This document shows, in pieces, positions 1 to 8,939 of a stretch of 64,000 nucleotides of DNA. The notes under the pieces were generated by a model. It did no database searches. It had not been told where the DNA came from and saw only the letters and a program-made list of their open reading frames with translations. Position 1 is the stretch's first letter; each line of letters starts with the position of its first letter. The position numbers were made by a program, and so were the translations under genes. The stretch covers positions 32,040-96,039 of the forward strand of contig CAXGWI010000002.1 in assembly GCA_964013405.1 (NCBI GenBank), written 5' to 3'. Origin of the DNA: an uncultured Myxococcales bacterium. Lineage in GTDB: Bacteria; Myxococcota; UBA4151.

Positions 1-1647
1 CTCGCAGTCGCCTTGGTTTGGACCTTCGGTTTGGTGCACCTCGTCATCGGCTATGCCTCGGTGATGGCTGCCGGCTTTGCGATTCTCCTCTTCGGTTTGG
101 GGATCGACCACGCTGCCCATCTCCTGTTGCGCTTCGACCGGGAGCGCCGGGCAGGCTGCGATGGCGCCGAGGCAACGAGGAGGATGCTCGTTCAGACGGG
201 CCGAGGGGTCCTTGTGGGTGGACTGACCACCGCGTTGGCCTTCGGCTTGATGGCCTTCATCGATTTTAAAGCGGCGGTCCATCTCGGGATCACCGCCTGT
301 ATGGGGATGGTCGCGACGCTCATCACCGTGATGACGGTGTTGCCGGCCGGATTGCGTTTGACCGTGGCTAAACGCCAGGTACCGCCGGAGGCTGCGCCGG
401 TGGCGGTCCTCGAAAAGATCACCCAGGCCAGCCTCGCCTCGCCGAAGTGGGTGATGGGCCTGAGTGCTTTCATGCTGCTCCTGGGCCTTGCAGCCTTTCC
501 CCGCTTCGAGTTGGAGACTGATCTCGAAGCGGTGATGACCCAAGATCTGCCCTCGATGATCGCATTGCGCCGTTTGAAAGACCAGGCGGGGATCACCACC
601 GAAGCGGTGCTTTCTGCGGCACCGGACCTCGCAACGGCGCGGGCCCGAGCTGAGCGCCTTGAAGCGTTGCCTCAGGTGGCCCGAGTCGAGGGTGTTCACC
701 GACTGCTGCCCCCGAACCTCAAGGAGCGGGTGGCTCGAAACCAGGCGATGCTGCCCATCGTAGAGGCCTTTGAAGACCTGCGCATCGAGGGGGTAACGTC
801 GGCCCAGTTTCGTCAGGTGACGGCGGCCTTGGAGCAGCGGATTGAAGCCTGGCCCGAAACGGGCGAGTGGCGGGCAGTGAAGGCTCGGGCCCGGGGCGTC
901 CTGGAGCGGATTCGTGCCCAGGACCCCAAAGCGCTTCAAGCCCACTTGGTCGCTGCCCAAAAGGCCCTCAAGCAGGGGCTGACCGATCCGGTGCTTCAAC
1001 CGGAGGACCTACCGGAGCCCTGGCGGTCTCGTTATCTGGGCGACGGCGAGTACCTGAGCCTTATCTTTCCCAAGGACGAACGTCTTGCCGCCGATTCGCT
1101 CAGCGAGTTCCGGGCTGCTGTGACCGCGGTCGACCCCCAGGCCGCTGGAGGCCTCTTCGTTGTCGACTACTTGCTGGTGGGGGGCGTGGAGCGAATGAAG
1201 GGCAGCCTGGGGCTCATCTTGCTCGTCTTGTTCGTGGTCCTCTTCTTGGATTTGCGGCGCCCCAAACAGGTCGCGGTCGCCTTGGTTCCTCTGCTTTGTG
1301 GTTCCATTATCGGCCTCGGCGCCCTTCTTTGGCTGGGCCGGCCGATCACTTTGGTGATGTTGAGCGCATTCCCCCTCATCTTTGGCATTGGGATCGATGA
1401 TGGCGTGCATCTGCTGCATGGGTGGAGAGAGGGGGGCGACATCAGCCGTTCGGTCAGTCAAATTGGCGCTGGCATCCTCTTTACATCCCTGTCGACAGCC
1501 CTCTCTTTTGGCGTGTTGCTTGGCCTTGACCACAACGGCTTCGAAGGGCTCGCCCTTCTCGTGATCATCGGGGTTGGAACCTGCTTTGTCGCTTCGATGA
1601 CGCTGTTGCCCGTGTTGGCGAGTCGTTTTCTGGAGCCGCCGACGTGA
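1..1647 (+). CDS. MMPL/RND-family lipid transporter (5'-truncated by window edge)
   Basis: Two hydrophobic repeats with the RND/MMPL TM motifs GLGIDHAAHLL and GIGIDDGVHLL separated by a soluble loop; frame is open from the window start. Confidence 0.85.
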   Translation, partial: LAVALVWTFGLVHLVIGYASVMAAGFAILLFGLGIDHAAHLLLRFDRERRAGCDGAEATRRMLVQTGRGVLVGGLTTALAFGLMAFIDFKAAVHLGITACMGMVATLITVMTVLPAGLRLTVAKRQVPPEAAPVAVLEKITQASLASPKWVMGLSAFMLLLGLAAFPRFELETDLEAVMTQDLPSMIALRRLKDQAGITTEAVLSAAPDLATARARAERLEALPQVARVEGVHRLLPPNLKERVARNQAMLPIVEAFEDLRIEGVTSAQFRQVTAALEQRIEAWPETGEWRAVKARARGVLERIRAQDPKALQAHLVAAQKALKQGLTDPVLQPEDLPEPWRSRYLGDGEYLSLIFPKDERLAADSLSEFRAAVTAVDPQAAGGLFVVDYLLVGGVERMKGSLGLILLVLFVVLFLDLRRPKQVAVALVPLLCGSIIGLGALLWLGRPITLVMLSAFPLIFGIGIDDGVHLLHGWREGGDISRSVSQIGAGILFTSLSTALSFGVLLGLDHNGFEGLALLVIIGVGTCFVASMTLLPVLASRFLEPPT

Positions 1648-1693
1648 AACTTGGACCTCGCTCACAGCCGGGCCCGCACGGGGGTGCCCTTTA

Positions 1694-2485
1694 ATGCTGT
1701 GGGTCTGCCTGTGGTTCCTGTGGTTTGCCCTGGTGGGTGGGGCGGTCTCGATTACCTATCATCGGATGCTCGCCCACCGAGCGTTCCGGGCCCGCCCGTG
1801 GTTTCGCTATACACTGGTGGTCCTGGCCGCAACGGCAGGCCCGCCCATTCAATGGGCCAGCAATCACCGTCGACATCATCGGTATGTGGACCAGGAGGGT
1901 GATCCCCATTCACCGATCCAGGATGGTTTTTGGTGGGCCCACTGCGGGTGGTATTTGGGCCGGCGTGAGCCGTGGCTGTGCCTCCTCTTCGCCTTATCCG
2001 GGCCCTTCAGGCTGATCATCGATCCCTTTCTCTGGCCGTCCCTTGAGGCCATGGAACGGGTCCCACAGGATCTCGGCAAGGATCGGGGCCTGGTCTTCCT
2101 GTCCCAGCACTCGGTGCACCGCGGTATGATTTTGCTCCACCTTCTTCCTGTGGTCGGCTTTTGTTGGGCCTTGGGGTGGCCGGGGCTGTTGATTGCGTGG
2201 GCCAGCGCCGTCTTTTTCTACAATCTGGGCGATGGGGTGAACTCGTTCGGTCATCTCTATGGCGAGCGTGACCCCGCCAACGCCGGTGAGGCGCGAGACA
2301 CCTGGTGGTTGGCCCTTTTGACTTTCGGCGAAGGTTGGCACGGTTTCCACCACGCCCATCCCCGGTCGCCCCGGATGGGACCCTTCGACTTCGGTTGGTG
2401 GGCGATTTGGGTCTTTGATCGAATCGGCTTAATTGAAGCACGACGCCCCGAGCAGGGGCAGCAGGGGGAGCGACAGCATGCCTGA
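1694..2485 (+). CDS. Membrane fatty-acid (delta-9-type acyl-CoA) desaturase
   Basis: His boxes YHRMLAH, NHRRHH and WHGFHH; DPHSP, VNSFGH and TFGEGWH motifs. Confidence 0.9.
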   Translation: MLWVCLWFLWFALVGGAVSITYHRMLAHRAFRARPWFRYTLVVLAATAGPPIQWASNHRRHHRYVDQEGDPHSPIQDGFWWAHCGWYLGRREPWLCLLFALSGPFRLIIDPFLWPSLEAMERVPQDLGKDRGLVFLSQHSVHRGMILLHLLPVVGFCWALGWPGLLIAWASAVFFYNLGDGVNSFGHLYGERDPANAGEARDTWWLALLTFGEGWHGFHHAHPRSPRMGPFDFGWWAIWVFDRIGLIEARRPEQGQQGERQHA

Positions 2486-3059
2486 ACCTACCGAAAGCCA
2501 ATTGGTTCTCTACCTCATCCTCTATGTGATCCTGCCCATCTGGACCATCGCCGGCACGGTGGACTGGTGGTGTCACCGAAGGACGAAGATCGAGGAGACC
2601 AGTGGCCTGAAAGAGAGCATCATCCACAGCATCATGGGCATTCAGGTGGGGCTCCCCATCCTCGCCTGCCTCATCTTCGAGGTGAACGTCCTCTTGATGC
2701 TCTTTTGTTTCTTCATCCTCATCACCCACGAGTACGTGGCCCATCAGGATATTGTTTGGGCGACGCCGAGACGGGAAATCTCCCACCTCGAAATCCATGC
2801 CCACAGTTATCTCTCGACCGTTCCCTTCTACCTCATCGGTCTGATCGTGGTTCGGCGCTGGGATACCTTTTTGAAGATGATCACCTTCGACTGGTCCGGC
2901 GAGATGAGTCTTGTCCTTCGCAGCGAACCCATTGGAGGCACGCCCTACTATTTGCCCTATTACTTAACCTTTGCTCTTTGCGTGGGCGTGGTTCCCTACG
3001 TTGAAGAGAACATTCGCTGCTGGAATTATCAGCGGCGCCAGCGAAAGGCTCAGGCATGA
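2478..3059 (+). CDS. Conserved His/Glu-rich integral membrane protein
   Basis: ATG at 2478 after GGGGAG, overlapping the desaturase stop; about 4-5 TM segments with DWWCH, ESIIH, HEYVAHQD and EIHAH motifs. Confidence 0.75.
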   Translation: MPEPTESQLVLYLILYVILPIWTIAGTVDWWCHRRTKIEETSGLKESIIHSIMGIQVGLPILACLIFEVNVLLMLFCFFILITHEYVAHQDIVWATPRREISHLEIHAHSYLSTVPFYLIGLIVVRRWDTFLKMITFDWSGEMSLVLRSEPIGGTPYYLPYYLTFALCVGVVPYVEENIRCWNYQRRQRKAQA

Positions 3060-4192
3060 GCGTCTATATCACCCAGACGGGGTCATACCTCCCCGGTGAT
3101 CCGGTGGACAATGAACGGATCGAGACGGTCCTGGGATTTGTCCATGACAAGCCGAGCAAGCTCAAACGGCGGATCCTCAAATCCAACGGCATTCAGACCC
3201 GTCATTATGCCATCGACGCGGCCCAGGAGACGCAGGTTCAAAATGAAGAGATGGCGGTGGCTGCCGGTCAATTGGCCTTGGAGCGATCTGGTCTCGAGCC
3301 CCAGGACATTGGTTTGCTGAGCGTGGCGACGAGTCAGGGGGACTATGTTTTACCGGGGTTCGGCAGTCAGGTGCAGGCCGGTCTCGAGATTCCCCGGGTG
3401 GAGCTGGTCACCACCCATGGCATTTGCTCCTGTGCGATGATGGCTCTGAAGGCTGCGGTGAACGGGGTGAAAGTTGGTGACCAACAACAGGCGCTGGTCG
3501 TCTCCTCTGAATTGTCGAGTCGCTTACTCAAAAAGCAGCGCTACGAGGCGGCGATCGGCTCGATCGGCGCACAGAGAGGCTTGGATTTTAATGCAGAATT
3601 CCTGCGTTGGATGCTTTCGGATGGGGCCGGGGCCATCGTTCTTTCCGATCGGCCCCGGGCCAATCAACTGAGTTTTCGAGTCGACTGGATTCGATCCTTC
3701 TCCCATGCGGACAGTTTTCCCGTTTGTATGAGCGTTGGTCACTCCGGCAAGGGGGAAGATGCCCCGAAGTCCTGGCAGGATTACAGCACCTATGGCGAGG
3801 CCGAGGCCGATGGTGCCCTGCTGATTCGCCAGGATGTCCGTCTGCTGGAAAATATCGTCAAGCTGGGGGTTGATGGCTTTCTGGGCCTCATCGAAGAAGG
3901 CACGGTGGCCGTCGACGAGATCGATCACTTCCTCTGCCATTACAGTTCCCATTATTTCCGTGGAAAAATCGTTGAGATGCTGACCAAAGCCGGGGCGATG
4001 GTGCCCGAAGAGCGCTGGTTCACGAATCTCTATGACAAGGGCAATACGGGCTGTGCGGCCATGTTCATTATGATCGATGAGTTTTTCCAGTCAGGTCGGG
4101 CGAAGCCTGGCGAGACCATCTTTTGCCATGTGCCCGAATCCGGGCGCTTTAATACGGTCTACATGCAACTGACCTGTGTGGAGGGCACATGA
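3056..4192 (+). CDS. StlD/DarB-like beta-ketoacyl synthase III (FabH superfamily)
   Basis: Catalytic triad contexts HGICSC (Cys), CHYSS (His) and KGNTG (Asn); EFLRWMLSDGAGA and VPESGRF are typical of DarB-like KS; ATGA overlap with the upstream gene. Confidence 0.88.
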   Translation: MSVYITQTGSYLPGDPVDNERIETVLGFVHDKPSKLKRRILKSNGIQTRHYAIDAAQETQVQNEEMAVAAGQLALERSGLEPQDIGLLSVATSQGDYVLPGFGSQVQAGLEIPRVELVTTHGICSCAMMALKAAVNGVKVGDQQQALVVSSELSSRLLKKQRYEAAIGSIGAQRGLDFNAEFLRWMLSDGAGAIVLSDRPRANQLSFRVDWIRSFSHADSFPVCMSVGHSGKGEDAPKSWQDYSTYGEAEADGALLIRQDVRLLENIVKLGVDGFLGLIEEGTVAVDEIDHFLCHYSSHYFRGKIVEMLTKAGAMVPEERWFTNLYDKGNTGCAAMFIMIDEFFQSGRAKPGETIFCHVPESGRFNTVYMQLTCVEGT

Positions 4193-4893
4193 CCCAAGAC
4201 GACCCGATCGGTGGGCAGGAGGCCCTTCAACCCCTGGCCCAAGAAGCCTTGAGAGGCTTGTTGCGCACTTGGATGGAGTTTGAACGCAAGCTCGCAAAGG
4301 TGCCGGTGCTACGGCGCTTAGATACGGGCACCTTTTCCCAGTCGGATTATCAGCGTCTCCTTTTCAACCTGCGGGCCCAGGTGGTGGAAGGGGCCCGCTG
4401 GATCACCCGAGCAGCCTCCAGTTTTGACCGGGACCATGCCGAGGTTCGTAGCATCGTGATCAGTCATGCCAAAGATGAGCATCGGGATTATGAGATCCTA
4501 GAGCAGGATTATGTCCGTGCCGGTGGCGAACTCGAGGCGATCCAGGCTGGCCAACGCAACATCGGCAGCGAAGCCTTGGCGGCCTTTCTCATGCACCGAG
4601 CCAGCCAACCCAACCCGGTGGATATGCTCGGGGCGATGTTCATCATCGAGGGCTTGGGCGAAAAGATGGCAGCCAGCTGGGCGGAACGTATCTGTGAATT
4701 GACCGGCCTACCTGAAGAGGCGACCACCTTTCTCCGTTACCACGGCGAAAATGACGAGAACCATATGGAGCGTTTCTACGTCATGCTGGACACGGTGGCG
4801 ACCAGCCCGGAGCGGGTCGCAGCCATACAGAAAACAGCCAAGGTGGTGGCCCGCCTCTACGCATTACAACTGGAGGAGTTGGACAATGTCTGA
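4189..4893 (+). CDS. Heme-oxygenase-like (TenA/PqqC fold) iron-containing redox enzyme
   Basis: Helical protein with candidate metal ligands QVVEG, HAKDEHRD, IIEGLG and YHGENDENH; ATGA overlap with the KS gene. Confidence 0.8.
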   Translation: MTQDDPIGGQEALQPLAQEALRGLLRTWMEFERKLAKVPVLRRLDTGTFSQSDYQRLLFNLRAQVVEGARWITRAASSFDRDHAEVRSIVISHAKDEHRDYEILEQDYVRAGGELEAIQAGQRNIGSEALAAFLMHRASQPNPVDMLGAMFIIEGLGEKMAASWAERICELTGLPEEATTFLRYHGENDENHMERFYVMLDTVATSPERVAAIQKTAKVVARLYALQLEELDNV

Positions 4894-5731
4894 GCGGAGT
4901 GCAGCCACTCTTTATGAGGCTTTGCTCGCCGATGACAGCCATCCCATCGATCCGGTGGCCAAAAAATATTGGCTTCAGGACCTCCAGAACCCACTGCGCT
5001 TGAGTCTGCTGCCGCTGATGCGCATTGGCTGTACGCTGACGCTGCACACGGTCTACTTTTTGAAGCGATTGATCCCGATCCAGTTCCGGGCCCATCGGTT
5101 CCTGCAGTGGTTGATCTGCTTCTTCATGAAATACTTCGTTCGACCGGAGGCAAACATCCTCATCATTCGTCACTTTGCTGTCGAGTCGAACATCCTTAAC
5201 CTGCTGATCCGCAACTCGAAGGGCGGCGAGAACGTCCCCCTGGTGGACCTTTACCCCAGCATGATCCGGGACTTGATGGACGCCACATTTGTCGATCACG
5301 ACCAAGGGGTTTTGATGACGTTTCGCGATCTGGGCAGTTGCCGAGATGAGGCCTGGCCGATGGCCGAAGCGTCCCTGGACTGGAGCGGATGGCGTGACTT
5401 TGAGGTCCAGTACGATACGTTCCACAAAAAATGGACTCAGTTTCTCGATTTTGAAACGGCTCATGAACTCTTCAAGACGACCTTTTGCCTCCTCTTGACC
5501 GCCCGAGAATATGAGGCGGCGATCAACTCCTTCCAATTCGATGAGTCGATGGCGCTGCGGATTGGCCGAATGATCGACGAGCCGAATCTGGTGGAGATGA
5601 CCGCGAACAAGTTCCCGCTGGTCTTGGTGAGCACCCGCAACTTAAGTCGGCGGTTTGTGCTTCATGGCATCTTTACGGAGCACCTACATGCTCATCTACA
5701 GGAGATTAGAGTTCGCCATCACGGAAGGTAA
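4886..5731 (+). CDS. Conserved protein, DUF6999-like
   Basis: ATG at 4886 after GGAGGA, overlapping the upstream stop; PEANILIIRHFAVES and LDFETAHELF motifs resemble proteins I recall next to DarB-like KS genes (from memory, not searched). Confidence 0.65.
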   Translation: MSERSAATLYEALLADDSHPIDPVAKKYWLQDLQNPLRLSLLPLMRIGCTLTLHTVYFLKRLIPIQFRAHRFLQWLICFFMKYFVRPEANILIIRHFAVESNILNLLIRNSKGGENVPLVDLYPSMIRDLMDATFVDHDQGVLMTFRDLGSCRDEAWPMAEASLDWSGWRDFEVQYDTFHKKWTQFLDFETAHELFKTTFCLLLTAREYEAAINSFQFDESMALRIGRMIDEPNLVEMTANKFPLVLVSTRNLSRRFVLHGIFTEHLHAHLQEIRVRHHGR

Positions 5732-5764
5732 TGCCGGTGGGGACCGACCCGTAACCGACTGCTA

Positions 5765-5781
5765 TAAGACTTAAAGTCTTA
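5765..5781. promoter_or_regulatory. AT-rich perfect inverted repeat TAAGACT-TAA-AGTCTTA, possible operator
   Basis: 7-bp arms and a 3-nt spacer, intergenic, upstream of the 5861 ORF. Confidence 0.4.
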
Positions 5782-5860
5782 GTTGAGGGAGGTCCTCCTC
5801 GGGGCCTTGCAGTGTGAGGGATTCCTTCAGTACAGTTGGATGTCCAACCGGAGTAAAACC

Positions 5861-6397
5861 ATGCCTGAAGAACCGATGGAGCCCTTAAGAAATGATCCCA
5901 ACAGCACCTGCCATGACGAGACAGTCACCTGGCTTGCGAGCGGTGATCAACCCAATCCACTCACAACGATGGAGCGGGCCCGCCGGGAGCGACAATTAAG
6001 AAGATCCAGCGCATCGCCCCGGCCCGAACTCCTCGAGCAGGTTCGCCATGGGTTTCTCAGCTTTAATCCCCACGATGACGGGGAGATGGAGGCTGATGTC
6101 TTCCGGATGGATGTCGCTGAGATCCGCGACCGACTCCCCGAATCGGTCCTCTCGTCTTTCGATCATTACCGGCATTTTGTGGAGGGGCATCGCTGGGGCT
6201 TTGTTCGCCTCTTGGCCCGCTACATGAACGAGGACCGGGTGCTGGTCGTGGCTGTTCGGGCCACCCATGGCGGCTATCTAGAAATCTTCGATGCTCACGG
6301 GATGCCCCTGCTTAGTGGCCGCAAGTTCCAAGATGAAGCCATTTGCTGGGATGGGGAGTTTGGTGCCTGTCGGGAGTCCGTCATTTACGACGACTGA
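5861..6397 (+). CDS. Hypothetical protein
   Basis: ATG at 5861 with GGAG upstream; fills the gap between operons; globular-looking composition; start uncertain. Confidence 0.65.
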   Translation: MPEEPMEPLRNDPNSTCHDETVTWLASGDQPNPLTTMERARRERQLRRSSASPRPELLEQVRHGFLSFNPHDDGEMEADVFRMDVAEIRDRLPESVLSSFDHYRHFVEGHRWGFVRLLARYMNEDRVLVVAVRATHGGYLEIFDAHGMPLLSGRKFQDEAICWDGEFGACRESVIYDD

Positions 6398-7692
6398 GCT
6401 AAACCAGCCCCATCGGGAACTGACTCGGGGGCGACGGCTAGGCTCACAACAAACCTCGAACCTTGGGGCGCACGGTCTTCGAAGCGAACGCTGCCGTTCA
6501 TGGCCTGGCAGAGGTGTTTGACAATGGCCAGGCCAAGTCCCGAGCCACCTCGGTCTCGACTTCGACCCCCATCCACCCGATAAAATCGTTCGAAGAGCCG
6601 GTCTTGATGCCTCGCTTCGATGCCCTGGCCATCATCTTCGATCAGGATCTCGACGTGGTCACCCGCTGGCCGCGCGGCCACAAGGATGCTTTCACCACCG
6701 TACTTTAGGGCGTTGTCGATGAGATTGACGAGGACCTGTTCGAGGGCTTGGCGGTCAGCCAGAATGCGGAGGTCGCCGGCCTGCTCATGGCGAATCTTCG
6801 CGCCACTTGCCTCGGAATGGGCCTGACAGAGCAAGAGGCTTCGTTCGATCTCCTGGTGGACATCGATCGGGCCGAGGGCCGCGCTGAATTGACCTGCTTC
6901 GAGACGGCTTAACTCCAAGAGACTTGCGATGAGTGAGCCAAGTCGTTCCGCATGGCGGTGAATCGCTTTCGCAAGGTCGAGGCTACGACCTTCAAGAGCC
7001 CCATGGGTCACGAGGACTTCGCTGCTCGATTGAATGACCGCAACAGGCGTCCTTAGCTCATGCTCGACGTTGGCGACGAAATCCTTTCGCACCCGCTCCA
7101 GGCGCCGGACCTCGGTAAGGTCCAGCACCACCAAGACCGCACCACCTTGTTGAAGGGGGCGGACACGGGCCAGGTGGTTGCGGCCGTCGGGGCGCTCGAA
7201 CTCGGCCTCCCCCCCGTGCCCTTGAAGCGCCTGCCGAACAACCTCATGGAGTGCGGGAACCCGCAGGACTTCGATGAGTCTCAGCCCAAGACTGTCGCCT
7301 TGGCTATCCAAAAGGCTCTGGCCGGCATCGTTACATGCATTGATTCGGCCTTGAGCATCCAGGCTGATCACCCCCTCTGCCATGCCTTCGAGGAGAACAC
7401 CCAGCCGGTCCCGTTCTGCAGCGAGTCGGTCGATACGCCCGGCGAGTTTTTTCTGCCCGTCTCTGATGGCCCGAGACAGGAGATCCAACTGATCACTGCC
7501 CGTCGTCGTTTGCCCCTGGAAGGCCCAATCCGGATCGACCAGTTGCTGAAGGCGATGGCGCAAGAGCAGGCTGTGGAGAATGCTGGTGATCATCACGGCT
7601 GAGGTGATCAAGGCGATGGTCTGGGACCAACCCGTGGTGAAAAAAGCCAGCGAGATCCCAAGGATCCCGATGACGCAACGCAGGATGTTCAT
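6385..7692 (-). CDS. phoR: PhoR-like PAS sensor histidine kinase
   Basis: N-terminal TMs, PAS-like segment, RRLERVRKDFVANVEHELRTP H-box, NLIDNALKY, FERFYRVDGGRSRDRGGSGLGLAIVKH. Confidence 0.8.
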   Translation of the reverse strand: MNILRCVIGILGISLAFFTTGWSQTIALITSAVMITSILHSLLLRHRLQQLVDPDWAFQGQTTTGSDQLDLLSRAIRDGQKKLAGRIDRLAAERDRLGVLLEGMAEGVISLDAQGRINACNDAGQSLLDSQGDSLGLRLIEVLRVPALHEVVRQALQGHGGEAEFERPDGRNHLARVRPLQQGGAVLVVLDLTEVRRLERVRKDFVANVEHELRTPVAVIQSSSEVLVTHGALEGRSLDLAKAIHRHAERLGSLIASLLELSRLEAGQFSAALGPIDVHQEIERSLLLCQAHSEASGAKIRHEQAGDLRILADRQALEQVLVNLIDNALKYGGESILVAARPAGDHVEILIEDDGQGIEARHQDRLFERFYRVDGGRSRDRGGSGLGLAIVKHLCQAMNGSVRFEDRAPQGSRFVVSLAVAPESVPDGAGLAQSS

Positions 7693-8387
7693 GGGGTCTC
7701 TTGACTACGGAAGCGGTAGCCGACGCCGCGAACCGTCTCGATATAGCTGCCGGCCGACCCCAGTTTTTCCCGCAGTCGTTTGATGTGGGTGTCGACGGTC
7801 CGGTCACTGACAAATGTTTCCGTGCCCCAAACATCGTCGAGGAGGACCTCTCGACTTTGAACTCGGCCTCTGCGCTCAAGAAGGGTGACGAGGAGTTTGA
7901 ACTCAAGAGCTGTGCAGGCCAGCTCTTGGTCATCGACCAACACCCGGTGTCCTGGGAGGTCGACGACGAGACTGCCGAACTCAATGGCATCCTCCTGCTG
8001 AACCGACGTTTCAGTCCGGAGGTTCGGTCGCCTTAAGAGAGCCCGTATGCGCAACTCCAATTCTCGCATTGCGAAGGGCTTCACGAGATAGTCATCGGCC
8101 CCCGCCTCAAACCCAACGACCCGGTCATAGGTTTCGCCTCGGGCCGTGAGCATGAGCACTGGGAGGTTTTGGTAACTTGGATCTCGCCGCAGTTGCCGAC
8201 AGATTTCGAGGCCTGTGAGGTCTGGCAGCATCAGGTCCAAAATGACCAAGGCGAATGTTTCGTGCAGGAGCACGTCGAGTCCGGCCCGGCCTGTGGTTAC
8301 GTGGGTCACCTGAAAGCCAACAGCCTCAAGACCAAGGACAACACCCTGGGCCAGATCCTCCTCGTCCTCCACAAGCAGAAGTTTCAT
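7689..8387 (-). CDS. phoB: PhoB/OmpR-family response regulator
   Basis: Receiver (VEDE, ILDLMLP, GADDYLVKPF) plus winged helix (DRTVDTHIKRLREKLG, IETVRGVGYRF); GGAGG RBS before ATG 8387; coupled to the kinase. Confidence 0.8.
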   Translation of the reverse strand: MKLLLVEDEEDLAQGVVLGLEAVGFQVTHVTTGRAGLDVLLHETFALVILDLMLPDLTGLEICRQLRRDPSYQNLPVLMLTARGETYDRVVGFEAGADDYLVKPFAMRELELRIRALLRRPNLRTETSVQQEDAIEFGSLVVDLPGHRVLVDDQELACTALEFKLLVTLLERRGRVQSREVLLDDVWGTETFVSDRTVDTHIKRLREKLGSAGSYIETVRGVGYRFRSQETP

Positions 8388-8425
8388 GGAACCTCCGGAG
8401 CCGTCTCTAATGGACGGGACACTCC

Positions 8426-8454
8426 ATGTCACATGCCTGCCATCTAATTGTTGC
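8426..8454 (+). promoter_or_regulatory. Candidate Pho-box-like 11-bp-spaced direct repeats
   Basis: ATGTCAC-atgc-CTGCCAT-ctaa-TTGTTGC between the divergent phoB-like and sufE genes; imperfect match to CTGTCAT. Confidence 0.3.
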
Positions 8455-8531
8455 GATTCAAAGGCGACAGTGGGCGCGGCCTCGTTCGTTGAGCCCTTGA
8501 CCGGAGGTCCTAGTTATTCCAATCCCCGGCC

Positions 8532-8939
8532 ATGGATTTAAGTGAACTTGAAGACAACATGGGGTGGCTGGAGTGGGAAGACCGCTATCGCTACCTCATC
8601 GAATTGGGTGAAGCCTTGGAGCCCATCGACGAGGTGGCTCGCTGTGAGGCCAACCGCGTTCAGGGCTGCATGAGTCAGGTCTGGCTGCAATTGGAGCCAT
8701 CAGAAGGTCGCCTTCATTTTCGTGGCGACAGCGATTCAGCCATCGTTAAAGGGCTCGTCGCTGTCTTGCGAATTGCCTATTCGGGGCAATCTCCCCAGCA
8801 GATCCTCGATTTTGATCTGAAAGGGGCCTTTAGCCGCATGGGGCTCGATGAACACCTGAGCCCTAATCGTCGCAATGGGTTCTATTCGATGGTGGGTCTG
8901 ATCCGAGGTCGGGCCCAGGGCATGTTACAACGAGTCTGA
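8532..8939 (+). CDS. sufE: SufE-family Fe-S cluster sulfur acceptor
   Basis: WEDRYRYLIELG, NRVQGCMSQVW (acceptor Cys), GDSDSAIVKGL, LSPNRRNG. Confidence 0.92.
   Translation: MDLSELEDNMGWLEWEDRYRYLIELGEALEPIDEVARCEANRVQGCMSQVWLQLEPSEGRLHFRGDSDSAIVKGLVAVLRIAYSGQSPQQILDFDLKGAFSRMGLDEHLSPNRRNGFYSMVGLIRGRAQGMLQRV

Noticed and set aside
7050..7075. H-box reads VEHELRTP instead of the usual VSHELRTP
   Set aside because: The phospho-His and all ATP-binding boxes are intact; a single substitution is not enough to claim altered function.
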